Origin: Utricularia gibba
Lineage: Eukaryota; Plantae; Magnoliophyta
Assembly (NCBI GenBank): GCA_002189035.1
Contig: NEEC01000011.1
Span: 2,108,001-2,172,000, forward strand
Length of the DNA stretch: 64,000 nucleotides
Direction: 5' to 3'
In this document: piece by piece, positions 51,801 through 64,000 of the stretch
Position numbering within the stretch: the stretch's first letter is position 1
Layout: the number at the start of each line of letters is the position of its first letter
Made by a program: the position numbers and the translations under genes
The notes under the pieces: model-generated
Database searches by the model: none
Seen by the model: the letters and a program-made list of their open reading frames with translations, nothing else
What the model was told of the DNA's origin: nothing

Positions 51801-53170
51801 CTCACTGGCTGAGAACGTTTTGTTTTCAGGACTATTACAAGTTTTGGGACAACTTTGGGAAACATTTAAAATTGGGCTGCATTGAGGATCGTGAGAACCA
51901 CAAAAGAATAGCTCCATTGTTGCGATTTTTCTCATCTCAAAGTGAGGAGGATATGATCAGCTTGGATGAGTATGTTGAAAACATGAAAACTGACCAGAAG
52001 GATATTTACTACATTGCCGCCGACAGTGTAGCGAGTGCAAAGAACACACCCTTTTTGGAGAGGCTGTTAGAAAAGGATATTGAAGTAAGCCTCGTTCTAA
52101 ATTCTTATTTTGATTTTTGCTCTGCACCATTTAGTAATTGATTGTGCCTTTTCTACCATGAGTGAAGGTTCTGTTCCTAGTGGATCCTATAGACGAGGTA
52201 GCCATACAAAACCTCAAATCTTACAAGGACAAGAATTTTGTTGACATCAGCAAAGAAGATTTAGACTTGGGTTAGTGTTTTTGGATTTCCAACTCGTAGT
52301 TGTTGAGTTTTTCCCTTTTTCTAGCTTGTATGTTAGTTGTTTTCTCTGGTCAACTTTTGTTTTAGGTGACAAGAATGAGGAGAGGGAAAGGGAACTGAAG
52401 CAAGAATTTGGCGTGACATGTGATTGGATTAAAAAACGTTTGGGTGACAAGGTTGCCTCTGTTCAAGTCTCAAACCGTCTCAGCACTTCTCCTTGCGTTC
52501 TTGCATCTGGGAAATTTGGTTGGTCAGCCAATATGGAGAGGTCAGAAATCCCACATGCCCGTCTCCTCTCCGTTACACATCCATGTTGACACTTAATTTC
52601 TTCTTTCTTCAACACCTCAGGTTAATGAAGGCACAAACAGTTGGCGATACCTCAAGTTTGGAGTTCATGAGAAGCAGAAGAGTGCTGGAAATCAACCCCG
52701 AACACCCAATCATCAGAACATTAAACGTGCGGTTTCAGTAAAAGCTAAGCTCACTTCCATGCCCCTGTACCTATTCCTTACTTCTTTCTTGCATTTGGAA
52801 AACGCAGGCGGCATGCAAAACAAGCCCCAACGATGATGAAGCCCTCAGAGCCATTGACCTTCTCTATGACACTGCACTAATGTCCAGTGGCTTCACTGTA
52901 AGTTCAATCACCATGCCTCCTGCCTCTCCTAAAACCCTAAACCCTAAACCCTAAACACTAAACACTGGTATCTAAACACCGCTTCCCCATTTGTCACAGC
53001 CGGAGAATCCCGCACTTCTGGGAGGAAAGATCTACGAGATGATGAACCTGGCTCTGGGGGGCAAATGGAACTCAGCTTCCGGCGAGCAAGTTACCTCCTC
53101 AAGTTCCCAGGAACCGGTAGAGGCCGAGGTTGTGGAGCCTGCTGAAGCTGCTCAAAAGGGACAGCTTTAA
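48858..53170 (+). CDS. HSP90-6: Organellar (mitochondrial-type) HSP90
   Basis: Arg/Ser/Ala-rich presequence; [67 protein letters not shown]; GT-AG introns; TAA at 53168-53170. The mitochondrial versus plastid paralogue assignment is from recalled homologues. Confidence 0.9.
52928..52966 (+). repeat. Interstitial plant telomere-type repeat (CCCTAAA)3 with degenerate flanks, in the last HSP90 intron
   Basis: CCTAAAA CCCTAAA CCCTAAA CCCTAAA CACTAAA CACT. Confidence 0.85.
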
Positions 53171-53455
53171 GCACAACATCAACCATGTGGAGTTGTTCCA
53201 TTTAGGAGGGTCCCCGTTCATGTGCCGGGGCAATGCCTGTGTTTGTAGCCAGGATTGAAGTTGATGATGGATGCCCTTTGGTGTGCTCACTCTGCCACAT
53301 AAAACTCCACGTCAGTTTCTTTCTTTTTTTTTTAATTTTTGGTAGAAAAAGAAAATTATAGTCTAGCTTTTTTAAAAAGTTTTTATGGTAGTTTATGAAG
53401 AGTTATGTCCAGAAGTTTTCTTAATTCAGATATTAGATTCACGAATTCATGGATG

Positions 53456-53461
<6 letters not shown>

Positions 53462-53489
<28 letters not shown>
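53462..53489. repeat. (TA)14 microsatellite
   Basis: Read directly from the sequence. Confidence 0.95.
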
Positions 53490-55124
53490 AGTGTCTAATA
53501 AATTTTTATTAAAAAAATTAAAAATAAGAAACACACAATTTTATATAAAATATTATTATTTAATTCTATAATTATCATTTTATTTTATTTCACTAATAAT
53601 TTTATGGATGAACTTTTTTTCATTGAAATTAAAATCATGCTATTCGTGTATGTTAATTTTGATATTTACATATTATTTATAGTATTAATAATTCAATTTA
53701 GAGTTTATATATCAACTAAATTATTTGTTATTATATAATTTTATTTTTTAAAATTTATTTATTTTAATAAATAATTTTTATTTTAAATATAAATTATATT
53801 TATTTAAATTTCATGAATTCACATACTCATATTAGTGTATTCCTAAATCCGTGAATCCGCATCATAGCTATAGAGTTTAGAGGTGTGTTTAAAATTAAGT
53901 TCAATCTATAATATCATATTGTTTTTTAATTAAATGTTTTATTATAACGGGACGTAAAAATATTAAGAAAAATAAAAATAATTATATAAATTTAAAACTA
54001 TTTTAATTTTATGTAAATATTGTAGAAATAAAATCATTTATTTTTTATTTGACTCTAATATTTAGTCAATTAAAATACATTATTGATATATTTTTAAACC
54101 TAGAGCCCTTCTTTTTATTTAATATTATCTAGGCCTGAATAAATTAAATTTTCTTACACCAATTATTAGTTAAAATAGTTTTTTAAATGTGATTTGAAAT
54201 TTATGTGGAAGGTGTGGGGTCCATCCACTGGACAAAAAGTGCGCATTAAGCCCAGGGTCAGCATCCCTTTTAGCAATAAAAAAGAAGTCTAAAGTCCAGG
54301 TCGGCATTTCGCTTTTAAGGCGCTACCGCAGACGAGTAGATCCAATCCTCTTGTCTTCATCGTTCCCTTCGGAAAAGCTTGCACAAGCACTGGGAGATTC
54401 AGCGAATCTCGCCTTGTTTGCACTGCCGGTGATCGAAGCCAACTCAAGAAGAAGAAGAAGAAGAGTTACTCACGCTCTTTTCTTGTCACTTTTAATCTGG
54501 GTTTCAGTTCTCGGTTTATCCAAAATCAGGTTATATCCTTCCCCTTGCCGTGTCTAACAACTGAATTTCATAAGAGAGATATGATGATATCACGCATCCT
54601 GTTAGCGTCCGATCGAGTTTTGGGGTAAATTTTATCAAAATTCGCATGCTTGGAATCTGGAATTTTATCCCTTTTTGGTGGGTTGCCTGCGACTACTTAG
54701 TCTTTCTTATCGTGATGCACTGGAATCGGTGTTATGTAGCCATTTGGCCACAAAAAAAAGTATGCTCTTGAAATTTCTGGTACTATGTGACGGGGATGGA
54801 AAGCGAAATAAATATCTCGAACGCCTTTTCGGATATTTCGTTTTGACTAAAAAGCTTCCATTTCCCAATTTTTTTTCTCTGTCTGTTGTGTTTCTGGTAG
54901 CTCGTTCACTTTGATATTGAACGGTGAAGCAGGTACTTGGAATATTGTTGTTATTCTCCAATTTTACTTGTACTTGTGTTGCTGGTGATACATATGCAGT
55001 ATTATCTAATCATATTCATCTCTAGTGCTGCCCATGTAACATAGCATTTTGTACCAGTAAGATCACTGTTACCTTCTCGGTTTGATTTGTTGGGAAGCAC
55101 CTGTCCGGCACTTGAATTTATGGG

Positions 55125-56598
55125 ATGGGATACCTCTGTGAATTTTGCGGGGAGCGGAGTTCGGTTGTTTACTGTCGATCAGACATGGCTAGCTTGTGTT
55201 TATCCTGCGATCACAATGTTCACTCTGCCAATGCTTTGTCAAGTCGCCACTCAAGAACATTAATTTGTGGAAGATGCAATACTCAGCCAGCTCTCTTGAG
55301 ATGTGTTGATGAAAGTATGTCACTCTGCCAAAGTTGTGATTGTATGGGACAGACAGGTTCAGATGAAACATCTGCCCATAGGAGAGAAGCGATTCGGTGT
55401 TATTCTGGCTGCCCCTCTGTTTCAGAACCTTCTGCAATGCTGTCCTTTCTCTTAGATTTTCGTTTCGATGGAAATTCTGCTTGTAATCATGGCATGGGAA
55501 CAAAGGGTGTAAAGACCAACGATGCCCAAAGGTCCCAAGGAAAGGATAAACCTGAAAATTCATCCTTTTGGGTGGAATCCAGTACTTCCCACGATGATAT
55601 GGATGGTGCAATATTATGGTTGGAGAATGTAGACAGCCTTGCTTCTTCTAACCCGATTACAGCCAAGGTAAATACACCGAACACTGTCTTTCCTGCTTTT
55701 ATCACCTGATTAGTTGTACACCTTATCTCTGATATTCGAGATACTACACCGCTCAGCTACATTTCATTCACTGAAATTCATGGTTGGCTTCTCTTTCATC
55801 ACAATTAAAGGAGTCTCGTTGTTCTTCAGGCATTTATATCTGAAGAAAAGGAGCCAAATGGTTTCTGTGATCATTTCAATATGGATGAGATTGACTTGAG
55901 CATCGAGAACTATGATGGGCTTTTCAATGATGATGATATTGATGGATTGTTTGATCCAAAATACATGCCAGAGTTCAGTTGTCAGGACGTCACTCTTGCC
56001 GAGGTTCATTCTTGCCACTTCTACCAGACGATAATGAACTAAATCCTGTTGGCAAGGATGATTAACATACTCCTGATCTTTCTTCTTAGGTATCTTCTGA
56101 TGGTGGGATGTGGCTTCAACCAGAATGCAGCAAAGCAGCGTCTGCTGATTCAGCTATCAGCTGCTGCAAGACAGAACCCAACCTTCTTCTAGCAAGACAA
56201 CATTCAAGCATCTCCTTCCTTACTGGTGAAACCAACAATGGCGGTGATCACCAAGACACTGGAGTCTCTCCAATGCTACCACCATGGCTTCCTCCAGCTC
56301 ACGAAAATTCCATGGCCTCCTCTACCAGAACTGACGCTGTGGTGCGTTACAAGGAGAAGAAGAAAGCAAGAAAGTAAGACCCCTTCATCTTCTCTCCTAC
56401 AAATTATCCACCAAGAAAGCAACACAAATAATCCAGTGAGACCTTCATTCATGGTGTGGCAGATATGAGAAGAAAGTAAGATACGCATCTCGCAAGGCGA
56501 TGGCCGACGTAAGGAGGCGCGTGAAAGGACGCTTCGTCAAGGCCGGGGATGCATATGACTTCGACCCGTCGGAGGAAACCAGGGAGCAGCTAAGTTAG
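55125..56598 (+). CDS. CONSTANS-like B-box/CCT protein (group III, COL9/10-like)
   Basis: Exons 55125-55667, 55830-56003, 56090-56373 and 56463-56598; [29 protein letters not shown]; CYSGCPS; [24 protein letters not shown]...RVKGRFVK. Confidence 0.92.
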
Positions 56599-57119
56599 TC
56601 ACCAAGCGTTGCTGAGGTCGTGGATAGGGACAGAAGAACTGAGCGTGGACTTTGTCTGTGTATTATTACCATGCTCCTCTTCCCCCCTCACACATCATAC
56701 ACATACACATACCCACACGGGCTGTTGACGCCTAAAACTAGATATGGAACACTTTTTGCGTTGAGGAAGCTGCCACTGCATGAGTATGAATGAATAAAGC
56801 TTTGCATTTTTGCCTTTTGCTGAACTCGCAGCACCCTCTCTACTTGCACTTTGCCCAGTCCACTGGTTCTTTCATTGGATGACCAATTTGGATTTGAGTT
56901 GAACTGAACAATGAACCAGGTGGTTTGAGTGAGTAGCAGCCACTTTCTGGATGCAAGAGCATGAGATGTTATAGCCATGAATGCTCACTCCACAAGTAAA
57001 AGGGAACTATTTACAGAGAGAAGGGGGAGAGAATCATCTCCCTGTCCCTAGGAATTTCAGTGGGAGGAAGGGAGGGAGAGCCTTCTGGGTTTCAGGCTTT
57101 CCCGTTGCTATGGCTGGCG

Positions 57120-59290
57120 TTAACAAGAAGTCTCTGGATTCAATCCCCATATGCGTATCGTACGGTCGTCACTTGCGGAGGCCAGCATGTGAGGATTTGC
57201 TGGATTCCAGCTTACGCAGTTCACCGCCGCGGAATGTCCGGCCAGTTTCGAGATCAGCTCCCCGGAGAGCCTGTGCCATATGTAAACCTGAGCACATGCA
57301 ACACAGACATCAGAACATACGCATCCAGGAATAAAACCAACAACAATCAGAGCGAGATCGATGAAGAGATGACCTGAGAGTCCTCGCTCCCGCTGGCGAC
57401 AAATGATTCGTCTAGTCCACCGAAGCAACACCGTACAACAAAGCGGGAGCGTCTATAACCTTTGTATGTTGATACTAGCTTCGGGCAATCATCTATGTTC
57501 CAGAGATGAATCTCCTCATCCAATAGGCTAACGAGCAAAAGATTTCTATCCTGAGACAGTGCAAATGAAGTTATTGGTTGATCTTCTTCGATGCTTCTTT
57601 CACTGTTTGTTTGCCATGCAAACAAGGATATCATATTCTCCGCGGAAACTGTTACTATATCTTTTCCGTCACTAGTAACTCCCAGGTCTCCAGCCCTGAC
57701 GATCCTCTGCCCTTTCCAACAATCCATCTCTGTTCCTTCCAAGTCCCACATGCAGATGCTATGATCAGTAACACCAGTGAAAAAGCTCTTTCCATCGACA
57801 GCCCATCCACAAGAGACGAAACCAAGACCGTTTTTCTCGTATGCCTTGATGCATTCGCCAGAAAGGACATCCCATCGTCTAACCATCTCTGCTACTCCAC
57901 ATGTAAGAATCTGAAGATCATCTGGGCTCCATGAAATATACGAGACGGGCTTCAGGTGACCGGATAATCTATGTTTCAAGCACATTTGACCATCATCCAT
58001 AAGCTAAAAAATAGAAAAAAGAAACATTACGGCACACCATGAGACAGCACAATGTATAATGAAATTAAAGAAGGTTCAGAATACATTAAGGCTGCACTCA
58101 AAGCAAGCATCGTTAGCATAAAAAGCCAGACTTCGTCATTGTGATAGATAGATTTCTGAGCTTTCTTAAAATGTTTCAAAAGAAAAGTAATAAAACGTTT
58201 GCACATACTTCAAATTTTATGCAAAAAACGTCTGGAAAAAGACAAGGCAATACCTCCCATATGAGCACAAGACGATCTTCAGATGATGATGCCAAGTACT
58301 TCCCATTGTGCGAAAATTGCAAAAACCAGATTTCATCATCGTGATCACGTAGAATCTGAAAAACATCAAAACAACAGCAGAAGCATGCTTAGAACAACTA
58401 AAAGCACAGAGAATGTAGCCCATGGGATTCGACACACAGAAAAGAATAGCTATGAATAATCAACAACAAAGTAATTATTCATGATCAAAAACATCAACTC
58501 CCAGTCCGAAGGAAATAAAATGCACTACCTGCAACGTCTGCTGAGGAATATGATCCATACCACACCGGTGATCAATGAGTAACGACATTTCACGAACTGA
58601 GGAGTTGTGAAACCTACAAGCATCTCTTTGCATGTCTAGAGCCTGTTCAACAAGATGGACCAATCTATTTTCTGGAATAATCACTGTAGGAGGAAACAAC
58701 TTTCGAATATCCGCGAGTAACTTTTTACGAGATTTAAGCCTTGTATCTTGAGAAATTCCTTCACTGGTCTCATTGCATTGAGAAAAAAGCGAATATGACA
58801 ACTCCCGAACTCTGCCACTCTCAATACAGAGGGGGGTGATCTCATTCCTTAGAGTATTCAAAGCATCCATAACCATTTTTTCATCAATAAGTTCCAAAAA
58901 CTTCCGTTCAAGTATTAAAAAAGAAGCCAACTTAACGATTGCATCATTCCTTAAACCAATCTCATGCAGTGTTGCAACGCTTTCATCCCATCTACCATCA
59001 ATTATTTGCTGAATGAAAGAATCTACAGGAAGGCAGTGCAAAGGAATTCCCGACTCTTTCTCAAGTCGAGCCGCAGACTTTGAATAGCCAAGAGAATATA
59101 ATGCCTCCACTATAATGCGTACAAGTTCACCTTTCTTTATAACACCTTTTGAGCCAACAACCTCATCAGCCCCATCGGAGGCTAGCAACCGAGCCATTGA
59201 GTCAATCAATGAGGAACAACTACCTTGATGCCTGATCTGTGATACTTTCACACGTTTTGTAGGTGGCTCATCATCCTCTACACTTCCCAT
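57120..59290 (-). CDS. WDR26: LisH/CTLH + WD40 protein, WDR26/GID7-like
   Basis: [13 protein letters not shown]; [15 protein letters not shown] (LisH); GRWDESV (CTLH); WD repeats ...[13 protein letters not shown]...[13 protein letters not shown]; GT-AG introns. Confidence 0.88.
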
Positions 59291-60214
59291 GAACAGGACG
59301 TATCATCCCATATATTGATATCTCGGAAGCACTATAACAGAATTATCTTCTTCAACTGTGATGAATCTAGAACACCTAGCACCAAAAAAACTGTAAATTA
59401 GGTGACCAAAACAAAATATCTGCAGAAAATAGAAACCGACAACACTCGAGCTCAAGAAATGCGAAACGCAAAATGTCGCAGAATGAAAAAAACAAGAAAC
59501 ACGAACTTCCAAGATTCCATAACCAAGCTGCTATGCGAAAGCTACCCTACATACCAGGAACTTTTATAGCACGAAAGCTACAGAAAACCGACTAAAAAAA
59601 CATCATCCACTAAAAGATCCTCATAAAAACACAATGAGAGACCAGAAACCCCGAGAAACTGACTTCCGCAACAATTCCCCTTCAAGCGACAAGAAACTGA
59701 TCAAACAGACGCTTTAGGACCTACTATATTACGTGAAAACAGGAGAAAGATCAATACAGAGTTTGCTATCTCAATGATCCTCACGCTCGATTTCCAGTAG
59801 TCCACAAACCGAAAATTTCCACCCGTCACCGAAACCGAGTCATCACAACTTCAAGATTCATCCAAACACAACGAAACATCGGAAAGCGTTCTTAAGAAAA
59901 GTATAGAAACCGAATTCCCGATCTCTTCAGCAGCGGCAGCAGAATACAGACTCTCGAGGTTAACAGTAACTGCCCTGCGCGAGGTGGTGCGATTCCAGAA
60001 TGATGCGCGTTACTTTCAAGCTTCAGCTACCGACGGGATAAATACTTTTTTTTTCCTTTTTCTTGATAAATAAAACAATTTCCTCTTCACCAAGTATTTA
60101 ATTTCATAAATAATATTTTTTCTACACTTTTAGTCAAATTTAAATTCCAATTAAAATTATTATAATAAATGTAATTAAAATTAATGAAATAGATTATTTA
60201 AATAAAAATGCAGT

Positions 60215-60258
60215 GAGGCGGTTTAGCGACAACTCAGAGGCGGTTTAGGGACAACTCA
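60215..60258. repeat. 22-bp tandem duplication in the FLA core promoter; the second copy contains TTTAGGG
   Basis: GAGGCGGTTTAGCGACAACTCA followed by GAGGCGGTTTAGGGACAACTCA; TATATAA at 60281. Confidence 0.85.
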
Positions 60259-60338
60259 GATGAGTTGTGGGCACAAGGAGTATATAAGGTCACAGGCGTC
60301 GGCACATGTTCTTGCAGCCAGGAATTCCTTATCCCGCG

Positions 60339-61529
60339 ATGAAGGCAAGCTCGGGGAGCATGGCTGCTCTCTGTCCCTTTGTCTTCTTCGGGCTCCTCCT
60401 CCTCCTCTGCTCCTCCGGCGACGCCCACAACATTACTCACATTCTCAATGAGTACCCGGAGTTCTCGATTTTCAACCGCTACCTCACAGCTACACACCTT
60501 GCGCCGGAAATCAACCGTCGCCGGACAATCACCGTCTGCGTCGTGGACAATGACGCAATGAGCGATCTCCTGGCGAAACACTTGTCGATCGACACTATCA
60601 AGAGCGTCCTCTCCCTCCACGTATTCGCCGACTATTTCGATGCGAAAAAGCTCCATGACATCTCCGACACCTCCACCACCACGTCCTCTCTCTACCAGGC
60701 CACCGGAGAGGCCACCGGGACGTCGGGATATGTCAACATTACTGATTTGAAGGCAGGAAAAGTCGGATTCACACCCGCCGACAGCAACTCCGATGAGCCG
60801 ATGGCGACCTTCGTCAAATCCGTCGAGGAGCTGCCGTACAACATCTCCGTAATCCAGATCAGTGACATTCTTTACTCGCCAGAGGTGTTAGCTGAGGCTG
60901 GGGCGGAGGCGCCTACGACTGGACACACCGCCGTGAATCTGACAACTCTGTTACCGAAACATGGATGCGGAGCGTTTCTGGATCTGCTGGTCGAACAGGG
61001 CGTCGAGGGGACCTTCACGGAGAACGTCCACGGCGGACTCACGATCTTCTGCCCCTCTGATGAAGCGCTGAAATCGTTTTCCTCCAAGTACAAAAAGCTG
61101 AAATCCGATGAGAAAGCTTCACTGCTTCTTTACCACGCGATTCCGGTGTACAATTCCATGGAAATGCTGAAATCGAGCAATGGGCTGATGAACACTCTGG
61201 CCACAGAGGGCGCTAATAAGTTCGATTTCACGGTAAGTAACGACGGCAATGGTGTTAAGCTGGAGACGAAAGTAGTCACGGCGAAGATAACGGAGACCTT
61301 GATAGACAAAGATCCGTTGGTGGTTTACAGAGTCGACGAGGTGCTGTTGCCGCATGAGCTGTTTAAAGCTCCGAAATCTGGGAAATCGCGAGCGCGAGAA
61401 GTCGCCGCCGACGCTCCGGGCCCCGCCGGCGACGACAATCCGGCGGATGTGACCTCCAGCGGTGGGACACTGGACGCCGAAGCCATTGTCAGCGTCGGTT
61501 TCAGTGTGCTTTTGGGTCTGTTGCTCTGA
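60339..61529 (+). CDS. Fasciclin-like arabinogalactan protein (two FAS1 domains, likely GPI-anchored; FLA1/2-like)
   Basis: Single exon; signal peptide; HNITHIL...ITVCVVDN; GLTIFCPSDEA; LLLYHAIP; PLVVYRVDEVLLP; hydrophobic C-terminal tail. Confidence 0.92.
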   Translation: MKASSGSMAALCPFVFFGLLLLLCSSGDAHNITHILNEYPEFSIFNRYLTATHLAPEINRRRTITVCVVDNDAMSDLLAKHLSIDTIKSVLSLHVFADYFDAKKLHDISDTSTTTSSLYQATGEATGTSGYVNITDLKAGKVGFTPADSNSDEPMATFVKSVEELPYNISVIQISDILYSPEVLAEAGAEAPTTGHTAVNLTTLLPKHGCGAFLDLLVEQGVEGTFTENVHGGLTIFCPSDEALKSFSSKYKKLKSDEKASLLLYHAIPVYNSMEMLKSSNGLMNTLATEGANKFDFTVSNDGNGVKLETKVVTAKITETLIDKDPLVVYRVDEVLLPHELFKAPKSGKSRAREVAADAPGPAGDDNPADVTSSGGTLDAEAIVSVGFSVLLGLLL

Positions 61530-62447
61530 TGATAATGATAGTCATCCATTTTGAGTGTTTTTCTTATCCAATTTCTGAATTCGTATAGCAAATTATTCCC
61601 ATTTGAAATCCAAATTTAATCAGAAACAAAAAAATAAATCGTTTTTCATAATTTATATTTTCAATACAAGTTTTAAAATATTAAAAATAATTAATAATAT
61701 ATTTAATTTATTTGTATTCAGATAAACATATATTAGGTGACTAATATTAAATTTTGTATCATTAGCCACTTTTGAATCTATACATTTAAAATAATATTAT
61801 ATTTGATAAAATATGTTTAAAACAAATAATTTATAATTTGAGCTGTTTAGAAAAACGCATGTTGATTATAAGTTTTAAAATACCTAATTTAGAATATTTA
61901 AAATTAGTTTATCAAACATATATTATTATCAACACATAAATATTTAAATAATTACTATCAAACACCCATTAACAATTTCAATATTTTAAAATTTTTATCT
62001 CAATTGAGTTTTATTAATGAAGACAAATTTTTATGTTTTTATATATGTTAAACATATTTATCAAACAGAATAATATTTTAAATACATATTTATCAAATTT
62101 ATATACAAAAAAAATTTCCAATTATAATCATGTGTTTACTCAAACACAAATAATTCAAATGCATCATTAAAAATATCACCATATGATGGACAATTTGTAT
62201 TAATTGGATTAAAATACAATAATACTTTGAAAAAAGGAAAAGCAACCAATAAAAATCGTCGGTGAAAGACAAGGGTGATGTGGACACTTTGTAGTAGCGG
62301 TTGGGATGGGGCCCATGGTGGATTTGTGGAGAGCATTATTGCATTCAAATGCTCACCTACCAATCATGCCATGCCTTCAATATTTTTCGTCTATTATTCA
62401 TAAAATTAAATACAAAATAATATACGCATGCAAATGAAATATAATAT

Positions 62448-62450
<3 letters not shown>

Positions 62451-62482
<32 letters not shown>
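62451..62482. repeat. (TA)16 microsatellite
   Basis: Read directly from the sequence. Confidence 0.95.
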
Positions 62483-62489
<7 letters not shown>

Positions 62490-62525
62490 ATAGAAATTAA
62501 TTGAGTCCAAAATTGGAATTGGACT

Positions 62526-62626
62526 GGCCCATGATATGTCCGTCTATCTGGGCCCAGGACCAGTAAGGGAGTAGTGCTAGTTGATTCAAGGAGGCCCAGG
62601 CTCATTAAACAGTACCCTCAGGCCCA
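62526..62626 (+). promoter_or_regulatory. Four GGCCCA site II motifs upstream of iPGAM
   Basis: GGCCCA at 62526, 62551, 62593 and 62621. Confidence 0.6.
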
Positions 62627-62902
62627 AGGATTTGAAGGAGGTACAGCCTAAATATCTCGACGATGGTGCTCTTTCTTTTCTATTTATTCTGTGGTAACAC
62701 TCCACGACCAACAGCAGCTTCCGCCGGGTTTTTCTCATCTGCTTTCGTCTCTGGGTTCTTGCGGTGCGTGGCTTTTTTCTTTTTGGGATTCAAGATTGCG
62801 GAATACGTTCTTTTTTTTTTGTGACTGGTTACGGTTGGCGTAGATCTGATTTCGTTTGCATGTCTTGACGATTTTTGTTATTGGTTTTGATAGAAAGTTG
62901 AG

Positions 62903-64000
62903 ATGGGTACCGCTGGATTCACATGGAAATTGGAAGATCATCCGAAGCTTCCGAAGGGAAAGGTGATAGCAATGGTTGTTTTGGATGGCTGGGGTGAGGC
63001 TGCCGCCGATCAGTACAACTGCATCCATGTAGCTCAGACGCCCACCATGGATTCGCTCAAAAATGTAATGTTTACCGTCATCGAAATTTTTATTGATTGC
63101 CTGGAAAATTAAAATACTGACTTGTGGTTGGTGAAATGATAAAGGGTGCTCCAGAGAAATGGAGACTGGTGAAAGCCCATGGTAAGGCTGTTGGGTTGCC
63201 CACGGACGATGACATGGGCAACAGTGAGGTGGGTCACAACGCTCTTGGGGCTGGCAGGATTTATGCTCAAGGGTGAGCTTTGTTTGTCTTTTTTTTTTTA
63301 ATCTGCGTCATTCGTTTCCGCTGGTTTATTAGTTAAAGGCGATGTCTTTGAATTGAAGTTTTCATTTTTGTGATGGACTTTTTCTGTTTTCAACTGCTAA
63401 ATTTTTTGTCTTCATTTCGCTAACTATGCATGTGAAACTCTCGACATATTTCCCACCTCTGAAGTATCATGCTTTAACTGGTGTTCTTATCCGTGTCTCT
63501 ATGTAGTGCAAAGCTTGTTGATAGTGCTCTGGAAACTGGTAAAATTTTCGAAGGCGAAGGTTTCAAGTACATAAAAGAAAGCTTTGAAACTGGAACATTG
63601 CATCTCATTGGCTTGTTAAGTGATGGAGGCGTTCACTCCAGGCTCGATCAGCTACAGGTGTTAAATTGTTACTTGACCCATTCTGCCGATCAATTGTTAC
63701 AGACTAATGATGCATTCATCTTTAAAATTTTGTTCCTCATTCACTTTTTATTACTTGTGTCAGTTGCTTCTTAAAGGCGCTAGTGCCAATGGTGCTAAAA
63801 GGATCAGGGTACACTTTCTTACTGATGGACGCGATGTATTGGATGGATCAAGTGTAGGCTTTGTTGAAACCCTAGAGAATGATCTCGCAGCATTGCGTGA
63901 AAAGGGCATAGATGCGGCTATTGCATCTGGAGGCGGGCGTATGTATGTGACCATGGACAGATATGAGGTACGTCTTCTGTGTATATGTAATTATGTTACT
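62903..64000 (+). CDS. iPGAM: Cofactor-independent phosphoglycerate mutase, 5' part (continues beyond the window)
   Basis: Exons 62903-63064, 63145-63272, 63507-63657 and 63764-63967; [55 protein letters not shown]. Confidence 0.95.

Noticed and set aside
56490-56510. CCT motif reads RKAMAD rather than RKARAD
   Set aside because: This position already varies among CCT families (Y, R, L), so it is weak evidence of altered function.
61600-62100. Degenerate TATCAAACA sub-repeats ending in AAACACCC (Tourist-like end), with similar AT-rich sub-repeats at 30880-31300 and 33090-33300
   Set aside because: No matching second terminus or TSD; cannot be separated from low-complexity AT-rich DNA without a copy-number search.

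Overview
Gene-dense plant (eudicot) nuclear DNA. I find 19 protein-coding genes (two run off the window ends) and one decayed pseudogene in 64 kb, with mostly 70-130 bp introns, very AT-rich short intergenic spacers and no intact transposon. In order: ANTH clathrin-assembly protein, nucleotide-diphospho-sugar transferase, CHR19 SNF2 remodeler, IDD zinc finger, RSA1/EMB1579-like, DRIF (MYB+DUF3755), plastid biotin carboxylase, DIV-like R-R MYB pseudogene, GEM-like GRAM protein, GAPA, TIM13, TSO1-like CXC, P-class PPR, PLS-DYW PPR, TBC RabGAP, HSP90-6, group III COL, WDR26-like, fasciclin-like AGP and iPGAM. Family names come from motifs and homologue sequences I recall, not from database searches. 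I see no clear, wholly new biological system. The best leads are: (1) a DRIF gene about 5.6 kb from a dead DIV-family MYB, i.e. two parts of the DIV/DRIF/RAD module; (2) a perfect 323-bp promoter tandem duplication joined by a filler patched from the unit itself; (3) an in-frame TAA that cuts off the conserved C-terminal motifs of the IDD gene; (4) two probable GC-AG introns; (5) several small recent tandem duplications. Caution: seven frameshifts in five otherwise intact genes are all single-base losses in G/C runs, which most likely reflects consensus sequencing error rather than pseudogenisation.
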